Source: a virus
DNA length: 64,000 nucleotides
Direction: 5' to 3' (one strand)
Virus record (IMG/VR): IMGVR_UViG_3300028591_000203
Location: 1-64,000 of that record
Shown here: in pieces, positions 55,284 to 64,000 of the stretch
Layout: the number at the start of each line of letters is the position of its first letter
Numbering within the stretch: the stretch's first letter is position 1
The notes under the pieces: generated by a model
What the model was told of the DNA's origin: nothing
Database searches by the model: none
What the model saw: the letters and a program-made list of their open reading frames with translations, nothing else
Translations under genes and position numbers: made by a program

Positions 55284-55313
55284 AGGGAGAGTTTAACTCT
55301 CCCTTTATTTTTT
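55284..55313 (+). terminator. intrinsic terminator
   Basis: agggagagtt-taa-ctctccct followed by TTATTTTTT. Confidence 0.75.
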
Positions 55314-55333
55314 ATAAGAAAGGAATGATTTGT

Positions 55334-56041
55334 ATGATCCAGAAGGATAGAATTGAAAGAGATATCGATGAAATGACAATGGCACAGATTAAGGTTTACA
55401 TCGAAGATCTAAAACAGACGATCTATCATATGGCTGAAACAATGGAAACTATCAATAGTACCTATAAAATGGTACAAAATGATCTTAACGAATTTTCTGG
55501 TATCAAAAGTGCTAAAGATCCAAATACTGTTAAAAGAGTAACAGGTTTTAATGCACCTTTAAAGAAAAGTCCTCCAACTAATTTGGATGAAGCATTCTCG
55601 AATGCTACTGACGAATCTTTGGATGAATCATTTGATCCAGACAATCCAGATGAAGATGATGAAGTAGAATTTGGAAATAATTATCCAGACTATGTAACTC
55701 ATCCAAATAAAACAGATAATGAAAACGATGATATACCTAACAGTCAATATGTTGCACTATTTAAATATACAGTATTAGGAGATGCAGATACAGCTATTAT
55801 TTCTCCAGATGGAAGATATTACACTGTATTTTCTGTAGAGCCTGATAATTTTGCAGAAATTGAAAGCTTTACTGAATACTTACCATATTACTATTTTGAT
55901 CATATTCCAAGTGTAAGTGAATTAAAAGAAATATGGAAACAGTTCTGCAATGAATTTGATACAACAGAAAACAGTGATGGATTTGAACTTAAAACAGTTG
56001 AGTTGGTAGACTCAGATAAAAATAAAAGAGTAATTATGTAA
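55334..56041 (+). CDS. hypothetical acidic protein
   Basis: The ORF track frame starts at 55277, inside the terminator. The likely start is the ATG after AAGAAAGGA. Confidence 0.4.
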   Translation: MIQKDRIERDIDEMTMAQIKVYIEDLKQTIYHMAETMETINSTYKMVQNDLNEFSGIKSAKDPNTVKRVTGFNAPLKKSPPTNLDEAFSNATDESLDESFDPDNPDEDDEVEFGNNYPDYVTHPNKTDNENDDIPNSQYVALFKYTVLGDADTAIISPDGRYYTVFSVEPDNFAEIESFTEYLPYYYFDHIPSVSELKEIWKQFCNEFDTTENSDGFELKTVELVDSDKNKRVIM

Positions 56042-56115
56042 AATGCAAATATGTTTGTTTATACCCTCTTTATAAGAGTAGTCTAAACAACATTTTTATA
56101 AAGGGGGTCGTTATA

Positions 56116-56394
56116 ATGAAGGTATTTGTTAAACATTATTTTGATACAAATATTAATAGCTTTCTTCAAGAAGTATTTGTTGAAGGAAATTATGATAATG
56201 GTATCATGAACATAACTGAAACAAGAAGTCAATACATCAAAGATAGAAATGTTGATATTATAACATTTAACCGAAATTTTACATTAAAAGAATTAGACGA
56301 CTTTATCAAAAATACATCATTTAATTCAGAGCAAAAACTAATTTATGAATATGCTTTAAATTATATGAAAGAAAAAGAAAATCCTAAAAGCTAA
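56116..56394 (+). CDS. hypothetical small protein
   Basis: ORF track. RBS AAAGGGGG. Confidence 0.4.
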   Translation: MKVFVKHYFDTNINSFLQEVFVEGNYDNGIMNITETRSQYIKDRNVDIITFNRNFTLKELDDFIKNTSFNSEQKLIYEYALNYMKEKENPKS

Positions 56395-56564
56395 AAGCTT
56401 TTAGGATTTTATATTAAATTTGGAGTTTAGAAGAAAGTGAAGAAAATAAAAATGATAAACAAAATAAAAAAGTATATTACAAGTGAAGATTTTAAAATGT
56501 GGATGATTACTCTAGGTATTGGAGCAATCATCTTTATCTATACATATATCAAGGAGGTTTTAAT

Positions 56565-56882
56565 ATGAAAAATATTAATGTCAATTATATTACAGGTTCT
56601 CCTTATGATACAAAAGAGGTAGTTGACACTCTTATTAATAACGAAATTCTTTTTACTATAGCAAATTTTGGTAGTATTGATGGAATGACACCATTTAAGA
56701 TCAATCTTATAGATGCAAACTATTCTCAAGAAGAGTTAAAGAAGCTTTGCTTCATGCTTCAAAGACAAATGGATGATATGAGAATGGAGCATGTATATAT
56801 TGTCTTAGAAAATAATAAGATTATTAATATTCAACCAGGAATCGATAATATTGATAAACTTATTAAGGAGGTATTTATATGA
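56565..56882 (+). CDS. hypothetical small protein
   Basis: RBS AAGGAGG then ATG at 56565; the ORF track starts at 56499. Confidence 0.4.
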   Translation: MKNINVNYITGSPYDTKEVVDTLINNEILFTIANFGSIDGMTPFKINLIDANYSQEELKKLCFMLQRQMDDMRMEHVYIVLENNKIINIQPGIDNIDKLIKEVFI

Positions 56883-57232
56883 TCAGACAAAAAGAAGGAT
56901 ATAATAAAAATCTTAAAAAGATAAAAAAGCAAAAAAACTATAAGAAAAGACTTATCAATAAAATGAAAAGTTTAAATAATTCATATATTATTGATAATGA
57001 TAGTTATTATGGAAAAAGTTCAAATCATCCTTCAAATGGTGAAACATACTCTATTGGAAGTGGCCGATATTTTAAGATTCTTGATTCTGATGGAGTAATC
57101 AAAACATATATCAATCATTCAAAGATTTTTCATTATCGTGAAGATAAAAGAATGGTTGAAAAAATGCGAAGACAAAGATTAAAACGGTTAGGCGATATCA
57201 ATATTACTAACAAAATCTGGAAAAATATTTAA
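56879..57232 (+). CDS. hypothetical basic protein
   Basis: Start overlaps the previous stop (ATGA). Confidence 0.4.
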   Translation: MIRQKEGYNKNLKKIKKQKNYKKRLINKMKSLNNSYIIDNDSYYGKSSNHPSNGETYSIGSGRYFKILDSDGVIKTYINHSKIFHYREDKRMVEKMRRQRLKRLGDINITNKIWKNI

Positions 57233-57244
57233 GGAGTGTAAATT

Positions 57245-57649
57245 ATGGAAGAAGTATTAAAAGAAGTTAGGAAACTGGATAATCTATCTACCAATTTTGT
57301 AGTAGTATCATTAATAATACTTTGTGTAGGTATAGCTATAATTATCATATGGGCAAAATTGAATACTGAAAATACAGTAGTTGATTTTGTTTCATTAACA
57401 TTATTTATCTCATCTATCATAGTTTCTATTACTGGTCTTATTATGAGTTGTAAACTTATGCATGATGCTAGAGAATTATATGATAATACATTATATGAAT
57501 ATATAGAAGAAAAAGATTATACTCTATATATAAATGGTGTAGAAAGAGACACTGATAAGATGAATATCAGACAAATTAAATTTAGCTGGAATAAAACTGA
57601 AGTGAATGACGAAGAAAAAGAAATCTATATAACTAGAAATTCTGATTGA
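57245..57649 (+). CDS. two-TM membrane protein, paralog of 59540-59941
   Basis: Two hydrophobic helices plus the shared C-terminal block Y-x-LY-x-NG-x-E-x3-D...F. Confidence 0.45.
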   Translation: MEEVLKEVRKLDNLSTNFVVVSLIILCVGIAIIIIWAKLNTENTVVDFVSLTLFISSIIVSITGLIMSCKLMHDARELYDNTLYEYIEEKDYTLYINGVERDTDKMNIRQIKFSWNKTEVNDEEKEIYITRNSD

Positions 57650-57662
57650 AGGGAGTTTAATT

Positions 57663-57920
57663 ATGAAAAAGAAGATTTATACTATTAATGAGGCTTATAG
57701 TGGCAATTCCGAATTCAACGTTTATGAAGATGGTAAGCTTGTTGACAGCTTTATCGACAACGATTATAACATGGATTGCCACATGCGAACTCTTGAAAAC
57801 AAGGGTTATGTACACGGTGTTTCTGTGAAGGAACTTGAAGAAGCGGAAAATGCCGTTAAAGAGGCTCAAGAGTATCTTGAAATTCTTAAGAAATATCCTG
57901 TAGTAGGAGGTGAACAGTAA
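57663..57920 (+). CDS. hypothetical small protein
   Basis: ORF track. RBS AAGGGAG. Confidence 0.4.
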   Translation: MKKKIYTINEAYSGNSEFNVYEDGKLVDSFIDNDYNMDCHMRTLENKGYVHGVSVKELEEAENAVKEAQEYLEILKKYPVVGGEQ

Positions 57921-58489
57921 TGCCGTATGCTGTAATTAAAGTAACGGATAAGATTGTCAGAAATCCAGAATTTCCTTATAGAAAACAGATTGTCAGCCAG
58001 CAGGAAATTGTTGAAATTCTAGATAACCCGAATGAAGCATTTAAAAAAGCAACAGATATTTCTATTAGTCATTGTGGGAATGTTCCACCATATGTACAAC
58101 GAATTTATGGATTATCTGTAGATTGCAATAACAAAGAAGAAGATAATGATAAAGAAACTAATGAGGAAAATGAAGAGATTATTTTCCCACATGAAGATGA
58201 TGATGTTGAAAATATCTTTAAATCATTAACAGAAAATAATGAGGATTACAATAACAGTCCTGTTATTGTAAAGAAATTTATTAAAGAAAATTTTGTCCTT
58301 TCTATGAAATGGGCATGGGATAAATACTTGAATAGTATTCCCACAGCATCAAAATCTTTTAATTATACGGATATTCAATATATGAACAGAGTTGTAGTAT
58401 TATTTAATTTAGCACAAAATGTTTATACTGCTGAATTAAGTATTGGCTGCGATGACTGGTTTAATATTATGCCGAGAGAAGGAGAATGA
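57920..58489 (+). CDS. hypothetical protein
   Basis: Overlapping start and stop (TAATG). Confidence 0.4.
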   Translation: MPYAVIKVTDKIVRNPEFPYRKQIVSQQEIVEILDNPNEAFKKATDISISHCGNVPPYVQRIYGLSVDCNNKEEDNDKETNEENEEIIFPHEDDDVENIFKSLTENNEDYNNSPVIVKKFIKENFVLSMKWAWDKYLNSIPTASKSFNYTDIQYMNRVVVLFNLAQNVYTAELSIGCDDWFNIMPREGE

Positions 58490-58492
58490 ATT

Positions 58493-58954
58493 ATGAGCGT
58501 TTTTAGAGATTATTCATCAGAAACAATTATTGACGAGAATGGTGTTTCTCATACTATTGATAGAAATACTAGATTCTTTGTTAAAATGACTCCTTTCGAT
58601 ATTGTTGGACTTCCAGGAATGGGTTTAATGTATTTTGGAAAGACTTATGGAGGAAATAATAATAGAGAGGAGTGGACTGAGTGCTATATTAATGAGGATG
58701 AATTCCTCATTAATTTTAATAATGAAAAAGACCCACCATATAAGATCAAGCTAACTGCTTGTGATCAGCGTTTTGGAAGTGAAACATATTACTACTCAGA
58801 TTTTATAAGCCTTATTAGATCTGGTCATATCTTAATTAAAGAAAATGACTTCCAGAGACCAGTTCCATACAGATTTGTAAGACCTATTCCTAATAGCTGT
58901 GCTACAATAGTTGAAGAGGGAACTATTGTAGTAGACATAAGAAATTATATTTAA
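58493..58954 (+). CDS. hypothetical protein
   Basis: Junction GGAGAATGAATTATG. Confidence 0.4.
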   Translation: MSVFRDYSSETIIDENGVSHTIDRNTRFFVKMTPFDIVGLPGMGLMYFGKTYGGNNNREEWTECYINEDEFLINFNNEKDPPYKIKLTACDQRFGSETYYYSDFISLIRSGHILIKENDFQRPVPYRFVRPIPNSCATIVEEGTIVVDIRNYI

Positions 58955-58970
58955 TTAAGGAGTATTAATT

Positions 58971-59249
58971 ATGAATGAAGAAAAAGAAAAATTAACTGAA
59001 GAACAACTAAATAAAATTACCGAATTCCTCAAAGATAAAGTTTGGAGAAATCCAAACGTGATGTTTTCTTCTAAAGAATTAATTGAAGAAGAAGATATTG
59101 AAATGCTAACCAATATTGTATCATCACTACATAATCTTCTTTATGAACAGGTTAAAGGTGAAAGATATAACTATGCATTTCACTGGTGTAATAAAATTGG
59201 ATCTGATACAACTGATGATATTTTCGATGATTTACTGAAGGGAGAATGA
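58971..59249 (+). CDS. hypothetical small protein
   Basis: ORF track. RBS AAGGAG. Confidence 0.4.
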   Translation: MNEEKEKLTEEQLNKITEFLKDKVWRNPNVMFSSKELIEEEDIEMLTNIVSSLHNLLYEQVKGERYNYAFHWCNKIGSDTTDDIFDDLLKGE

Positions 59250-59252
59250 ATT

Positions 59253-59537
59253 ATGTATTATGTTATTGAAGTAGATTACGTCCGATTATATGATGATAAA
59301 GTTTGCAATGCCTATTACGCAAATGATCGAGCTAGTGGAGGTTATCCATATTTCTCTAGCACTCCTATTGAAAGTCAGGTTCGCACTTTTACAACACCTG
59401 AAGACGCTATTGAATTTGTAAAGGAGGAACTTAAAGATCCTAATAGTGAATTCTATAAGGATGAAAGAGTAAAATCCAAACCTCGAATTGTTAAAACTAT
59501 TTTCGAAAAGGTTTATGATTTTGGAAAGGAGGAATAA
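59253..59537 (+). CDS. hypothetical small protein
   Basis: Same GGAGAATGAATTATG junction as at 58478. Confidence 0.4.
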   Translation: MYYVIEVDYVRLYDDKVCNAYYANDRASGGYPYFSSTPIESQVRTFTTPEDAIEFVKEELKDPNSEFYKDERVKSKPRIVKTIFEKVYDFGKEE

Positions 59538-59539
59538 AA

Positions 59540-59941
59540 ATGCTAGAACCTATTTATGAAAATTTTTCAAATATTATTAGTATAGCTTATGTAATTCCAC
59601 TTTTTGGTTTTGCCATTGGAATGATTTCAATGTTAATAACAGGATTTCTGGAAGTAAAATATACTTGTGTAAATGAAAAGAAAGAATCAATGTTTCATAA
59701 ACTAACGATTGCTAGTGCAATATTTGGAGTTTGTTCTTTATTTTCATTATTAATTTCAACTCTTATCGATTGTCATTATGAAGATAAGTTTAATACACTG
59801 ATTAAAGAAAATATGGATTCTTATTCATTATACGTAAACGGAATTGAAGTTGAACCAGATAATATCGATATTGATAAATTCAGCTTCGAAGACATTTCTG
59901 TTGATGATGAGAATCATAAGATTTTTGTCGTAATGGATTAA
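59540..59941 (+). CDS. two-TM membrane protein, paralog of 57245-57649
   Basis: Hydrophobic helices IISIAYVIPLFGFAIGMISMLITGF and IASAIFGVCSLFSLLISTLI. Shared C-terminal block YSLYVNGIEVEPDNIDIDKFSF. Confidence 0.45.
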   Translation: MLEPIYENFSNIISIAYVIPLFGFAIGMISMLITGFLEVKYTCVNEKKESMFHKLTIASAIFGVCSLFSLLISTLIDCHYEDKFNTLIKENMDSYSLYVNGIEVEPDNIDIDKFSFEDISVDDENHKIFVVMD

Positions 59942-59960
59942 AATTTAGGAGGAAATAATT

Positions 59961-60263
59961 ATGAAAGAAAACACTTTATTTAAAGGAAAAATTGTCAGAA
60001 ACATGGCATCTAAAAATCCAGATAAGAAATATTCAGTTATCGGATTATATGTCGATAATGAAAAAACTTCTCCAAACTATGGTAAAATGTCTTTTGCTGT
60101 AAAAGAAGTTGGAAGTTCTATTCATTCAACTAGTTGGTGGTTTCCAAGAACTGGTGATATTAATAAAAATATCGTTTTTGAAGATGATATTGCCGATAGA
60201 TACTATCATACTACAGAATGCTTAGATGAACTTAATAAGATTAAAAATGATCTAATTAAGTAA
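59961..60263 (+). CDS. hypothetical small protein
   Basis: ORF track. RBS AGGAGGAAAT. Confidence 0.4.
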   Translation: MKENTLFKGKIVRNMASKNPDKKYSVIGLYVDNEKTSPNYGKMSFAVKEVGSSIHSTSWWFPRTGDINKNIVFEDDIADRYYHTTECLDELNKIKNDLIK

Positions 60264-60271
60264 ATAAAATG

Positions 60272-60310
60272 ACCCCATTACTATAAAAGTAATGGGGTAT
60301 TTTTTTTTTA
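60272..60310. terminator. bidirectional intrinsic terminator
   Basis: accccattact-ataaa-agtaatggggt followed by T11. Confidence 0.8.
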
Positions 60311-61147
60311 TTATTCACCATCTGATTCACTTTCTGGTTGAACTGTACCAACTAAATCTTCTTCTTTTTCAAGACCGAATAATTTAGTAAGGATTTCTAC
60401 ATAAGACTTACCTGCAAGAGATTCTCCTGCTTTAAGACCACCAACATCTGTACCAACTAATGTTGGACGACCCTTTGGAATCTTACCAAATTCACCAAAT
60501 TGTTCAACATCCTTAGTTGTTTCAAAACTTGCATCAAGTAAAATAAGAAGCTTCTTATCTCCATATACTTTTAATACAGTTCCAGGAATTTTTGTTTCTG
60601 GTTTAGTAATAACACCAAGACAACCAAAAATTGGAAGATCTCCTTCTTTAGTCATAAACTCTTTAAGTGCAGTTTCATACTCTTCTAAAGCAGTCTTATA
60701 AGCTTCATACTCTTCATTATACTTATCTATAAGAATTTTCTTCTGAGCTTCAGAAAGTTCATAATTAAATAAACCACTATGGAAGTTTGGCTTCTTAGGC
60801 TCTTCTGGTTTTACAGGACCTTCTGCATAAATAAAAATAAAATCACCAAGTTCATATTCAGAAGGATCAAACTCATCTACATTAAATTCAGAAGGCTTAA
60901 TAACCTCTTTAACTATAATATAGTCTTCTCTTAAACCAAATAAAGCATCCATATTATGAGCTGCTGTCTCAGTAAATTCCTTATAAACATACATACCAAC
61001 TTTAGCAAACTGTAAAAGTCTAAATTTAGCATCAGAAACTAAAATATATTTAGACTTAAGAGTTTCTTCTAAATCTCTTGGGAAAAATGCTTTAACATCT
61101 TCCTTAAGCGGAGTGTCAAAATTATATAAAAGTTTAATTAATTTCAT
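60311..61147 (-). CDS. acidic hypothetical protein, paralog A (shares the FETTKDxxQFGxxGKxPK block with 61218-62066)
   Basis: ORF track. N-terminus MKLIKLL vs MKLVKLL. Conserved C-terminal block. Confidence 0.45.
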   Translation of the reverse strand: MKLIKLLYNFDTPLKEDVKAFFPRDLEETLKSKYILVSDAKFRLLQFAKVGMYVYKEFTETAAHNMDALFGLREDYIIVKEVIKPSEFNVDEFDPSEYELGDFIFIYAEGPVKPEEPKKPNFHSGLFNYELSEAQKKILIDKYNEEYEAYKTALEEYETALKEFMTKEGDLPIFGCLGVITKPETKIPGTVLKVYGDKKLLILLDASFETTKDVEQFGEFGKIPKGRPTLVGTDVGGLKAGESLAGKSYVEILTKLFGLEKEEDLVGTVQPESESDGE

Positions 61148-61177
61148 AAACTATCATCCTTTCTAAAATTTTATTAA

Positions 61178-61208
61178 ACCCGATGATGATTTATATCATC
61201 ATCGGGAT
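61178..61208 (-). terminator. hairpin terminator between tandem paralogs
   Basis: cccgatgatgat-ttat-atcatcatcggg, a 12-bp perfect stem. Confidence 0.55.
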
Positions 61209-61217
61209 TTTAATTAA

Positions 61218-62066
61218 TTACGTAGTAGGATCTGGTTTTGGGTCTGGTTTTGGGTCAGGAGTAGGATCTTCCTCATCAGGTGGAAGTAATTGACCTACTA
61301 ATTCCTCTTCAACTTCAAGACCAAGAGCCTTCTCGATAATTTCTGCAACAGTAAGACCTCTAATAGAGTCATCTTTTGCAAAACCACCAAGAGCCTTAGT
61401 AACCTTAGTTGCAACTTCTTTAGGAAGCTTACCCATAACACCAAACTGAGCTGTATCCTTAGTAGTTTCAAAGGAGAAGTCAGCAATTACATAATACTGA
61501 GTCTCACTAACGATTCTAACAAGCCAACCATACTCTTCATAAGAAGCTTCACCAGTAGTAATAAACTCCTTAACTGCAGCTTCATAATCTTCAAGTTCCT
61601 TAGTATATTCCTTCATAGCAGTATTATACTCATTAAGAGCATCTACATACTCTTGTGGTGTGAAAGAATAACCAGGAGCTGGCTTAGCCATCTTAGGTGG
61701 TTCACCTGGATGCTTTGGACCTTCCTCAAAAACAAAGACATAATCGCCTACTTCATATTCAGCAGGATCAAAACTTTCAAATTCAGAAGGCTTTACAATA
61801 TCAGCAATAACATAAGTGATCTTCTTATCAAAATCACCGATATTACGTACAGCTACTTCTGAGAAATCCTTAATTAAATAAGTCTTAACACCTGCGTGTT
61901 GTAAAAGAGTAAAACGATCATCAGAAATCAAAAGAGACTTCTGCTTCTTTGGAGTTTCAGGTACTTTATCCTTGCTAGAAGGAATTACAACATCTTCAGC
62001 ATTTGGAATTCCTACGATACCAGCTACACTAGATAATGGTTTACTTAAAAGTTTTACTAGTTTCAT
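61218..62066 (-). CDS. acidic hypothetical protein, paralog B; C-terminal PDPKPDPKPDP repeat
   Basis: ORF track. Same architecture as 60311-61147. Confidence 0.45.
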   Translation of the reverse strand: MKLVKLLSKPLSSVAGIVGIPNAEDVVIPSSKDKVPETPKKQKSLLISDDRFTLLQHAGVKTYLIKDFSEVAVRNIGDFDKKITYVIADIVKPSEFESFDPAEYEVGDYVFVFEEGPKHPGEPPKMAKPAPGYSFTPQEYVDALNEYNTAMKEYTKELEDYEAAVKEFITTGEASYEEYGWLVRIVSETQYYVIADFSFETTKDTAQFGVMGKLPKEVATKVTKALGGFAKDDSIRGLTVAEIIEKALGLEVEEELVGQLLPPDEEDPTPDPKPDPKPDPTT

Positions 62067-62090
62067 ATAATATACCTTCTTTCTAAAATA

Positions 62091-62654
62091 TTATTGTTTT
62101 TTATCTTCTTCATCTACTTTAATTTGTCTCTGTAAATCTTCAAAAGAATCTAATATAGTATTTAATTTATTAATTATTGCTTTAAAAATAGCTCTTGTTT
62201 TATCAATATTAACTGTTGCTATACCTTTTTCTAAGAAGAAGTTAATTTGACCTGAAGTTTCTTCAAGAGAAGAGATAAGTAAATTAATAATCTTATGTTG
62301 TTTTTCATTATTAATTTTATCAAAGTTAAGATAGATTTTTGAATTATTCAGAGATAACTTAGTTTTTTCAATTAACGCTAATAGCTTATTAAATTTTTCA
62401 AAATATTGTAATCTTTGATAATTCATGAAGTTTGTTAAATCTTGTTCAGGAGTTGTTCCATCTTTTTCCTCTGGAAATTTCTTATCAGTTGTGCTATCAG
62501 TATCTTCAACATCTAACATTACTGGCGGTGGCGGTGCTGGTTGTTCCATACCTATTTCAGCATTAGGATCACCTTCAGCCATCATTTCTTCTCCTTCTTC
62601 ATTAAAGTACAGATTAAAAAATTTACTTTTACTCAAAGTTATCACCTCTTTCAA
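62091..62654 (-). CDS. hypothetical protein (PAPPPP, acidic)
   Basis: ORF track. Confidence 0.4.
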   Translation of the reverse strand: MKEVITLSKSKFFNLYFNEEGEEMMAEGDPNAEIGMEQPAPPPPVMLDVEDTDSTTDKKFPEEKDGTTPEQDLTNFMNYQRLQYFEKFNKLLALIEKTKLSLNNSKIYLNFDKINNEKQHKIINLLISSLEETSGQINFFLEKGIATVNIDKTRAIFKAIINKLNTILDSFEDLQRQIKVDEEDKKQ

Positions 62655-62703
62655 CTATTAATAACTATAAAATCTTGTTTGCTGATGTTAAAAATTTATG
62701 ATC

Positions 62704-62742
62704 CGTATCTAATTAAGCTATTAAATACATATTATAATTGTG
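62704..62742 (+). promoter_or_regulatory. conserved bipartite phage promoter, copy 6 (CGTATCTAA-N17-TATTATAATTGTG)
   Basis: Exact 17-nt spacing. 97-nt leader. Confidence 0.55.
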
Positions 62743-62839
62743 AATGAGTAAAAATAATAACGTCAATACTTATTCGCCCACAGTATAAAAGGCCTTATTG
62801 GTATGTAAGGTACAGGCGACAACTGGGAAAGGATATACC

Positions 62840-63106
62840 ATGACTAAAGTAATTACAATTACAAACAATTGCTCTAATAATTTCTTTCAGAAAATGCAGA
62901 AGACTGCAGAAGTGTCTGCACTTGCTTTTGAAAAGAGAATAAGAGAAATGCCTGGAGGAAATCGGGACTTCAAGGCACTTGACAAGTGCCTTTCCTATCA
63001 TGGCGATAAGCCATGTTATTTATACATTATTGACGAATGCCGCACTACATATAAGTGCGACCCGAATGTGAACTGCATTCAGTTAATTGTTAACACTGAC
63101 GACTGA
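62840..63106 (+). CDS. hypothetical Cys-rich protein, promoter-cassette gene
   Basis: RBS GGGAAAGGA then ATGACTAAA; the ORF track frame starts at 62798. Confidence 0.45.
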   Translation: MTKVITITNNCSNNFFQKMQKTAEVSALAFEKRIREMPGGNRDFKALDKCLSYHGDKPCYLYIIDECRTTYKCDPNVNCIQLIVNTDD

Positions 63107-63127
63107 TAAGTCTTTCAGTGTTAACAA

Positions 63128-63178
63128 AAAAAAAAAGAACTCCTGCTTAACGGCGGTGAAGGAGTTCTTTTTTTTTCA
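63128..63178. terminator. bidirectional intrinsic terminator
   Basis: A11-gaactcct-gcttaacggcggtga-aggagttc followed by T9. Confidence 0.75.
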
Positions 63179-63224
63179 TTTTCTTTTTTAATTATATATT
63201 ATATACATGTAAAGGAGGTGTATT

Positions 63225-63638
63225 ATGACTAAGAGTCAGTTTAAAATGTGTGAGAAAATTCTTTCAAAGAATAAATCATCATTTAAACGAGTAACAATGA
63301 TGGCTTTTCTCTTTCAAGGAAAAACACTTATCTCACAGGGTATTAACTCTGAAAAGACAGATCCTTATCAGTCTAAATTCAGAAAACAGTTGAGAATTTC
63401 AGACGATACATACCTTGATAAAAGGCATGCTGAAGTAGATTGTCTTAAGAGTTTATCCGAAAATAAAGAGATAAATCCTAAGAATCTTACACTATTTATC
63501 ATTTCTAAAAGGGCAGATGGAACTCTTAGAAACTCAAAACCCTGCCCTGTATGTAGGAAAGTTATCGAGTCTATTGGAATTGGTGAAATTAACTATATTT
63601 ATAATGGACGTTTGATAACTGAGAAACTTTTAGATTGA
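63225..63638 (+). CDS. CMP/dCMP-type zinc deaminase
   Basis: HAEVDCL (H-A-E) and PCPVCRKVI (PCxxC) zinc-binding motifs at canonical spacing. RBS AAAGGAGGTG. Confidence 0.75.
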   Translation: MTKSQFKMCEKILSKNKSSFKRVTMMAFLFQGKTLISQGINSEKTDPYQSKFRKQLRISDDTYLDKRHAEVDCLKSLSENKEINPKNLTLFIISKRADGTLRNSKPCPVCRKVIESIGIGEINYIYNGRLITEKLLD

Positions 63639-63690
63639 ATTTAAAAATTAATTCAATCATCAACAACAAATTACAAAAGGAGAAATTAAA

Positions 63691-64000
63691 AATGAGTATT
63701 TCAATTGAAACAAAGTCTTCCAATTCGATTCTGCATGTAGATGATTACGATTTTGTAATCAGTAATGAACTTGCAGATTACATTAGAGAAAGCGATAGTC
63801 TAAATCCAGAGACTATTGAGGTCTCCACCAGTAAAACTGGTGTTGTTACACTGAAAATTAAGTCTTTGACTTATTCTATTAATGATAAGACAAAGGTACT
63901 TAATCTATATAAAAATTCAAATTCAAAGGAGAAATTTAGTATGAAAACATTTATCAGATTCATGAAGAGAAACAAGGGCGAGAATGACAAGCCTACAAAG
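63691..64000 (+). CDS. hypothetical protein, 5' part only (runs off window end)
   Basis: RBS AAAGGAGAAATT then ATG at 63691. Open to the end of the window. Confidence 0.35.

Noticed and set aside
1-64000. Integrated prophage or genomic island with integrase or attachment sites
   Set aside because: No integrase, transposase, tRNA or direct-repeat boundaries are present. Gene content (RNAP subunits, primase, polB, prohead protease) and uniform strong SD usage indicate a lytic jumbo-phage genome segment.

Overview
This is an AT-rich (about 25-30% GC) stretch of densely packed phage DNA, most likely from a jumbo phage of a low-GC Firmicutes host. The host assignment rests on strong AGGAGG Shine-Dalgarno sites throughout and on an anaerobic RNR activase (NrdG), which suggests an anaerobe. 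No integrase or prophage boundary is visible.

The clearest recognisable genes fall into three groups:
- Transcription: two separate RNAP beta-prime C-terminal paralogs (bridge helix, zinc motif and trigger loop), implying two phage-encoded multisubunit RNAPs as in phiKZ or AR9.
- Replication and repair: SbcC/Rad50 ATPase, DnaG-type primase, T4 RNase H-like FEN, SF2 DEAH helicase, the C-terminal piece of a split family-B DNA polymerase, a DHH/DHHA1 phosphoesterase and NrdG.
- Nucleotide metabolism: a dCMP/cytidine deaminase, a HAD 5'-nucleotidase, a P-loop kinase and a metallophosphoesterase.

The accessory content includes a bona fide IF-1 (infA) homolog, an SPFH/band-7 protein, an MFS transporter flanked by terminators, a vWA protein, a classic AAA ATPase and an adjacent macro-domain plus NADAR (YbiA-like) gene pair. 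It also includes a bizarre Cys-Pro/His-run-rich protein.

The regulatory architecture is unusually legible:
- A strictly spaced bipartite promoter (C/A)GTAT(T/C)TAA-N17-TATTATAATT(G/A)TG recurs six times on the plus strand. Five copies precede single-gene, compositionally atypical (higher-GC) cassettes; the sixth precedes a 45-aa AT-rich peptide gene.
- A second motif, TTTAAATTTAAAT, sits upstream of the RNAP and helicase genes.
- More than 25 strong intrinsic terminators are present, many bidirectional, with recurring loop sequences.

The most novel-looking protein content is a paralogous family of at least seven probable virion-internal proteins. They share a short (Y)-x-(E/D)-G-Y-x-x-A motif, which at the N-terminus closely resembles the T4 capsid-targeting sequence. 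This is combined with glycine-zipper (GxxxG/AxxxA) segments and poly-acidic DEYDEY tails, and the genes are clustered next to a putative prohead protease. Many remaining ORFs are small hypotheticals, including a tightly overlapping 11-gene block containing paralogous two-TM proteins.
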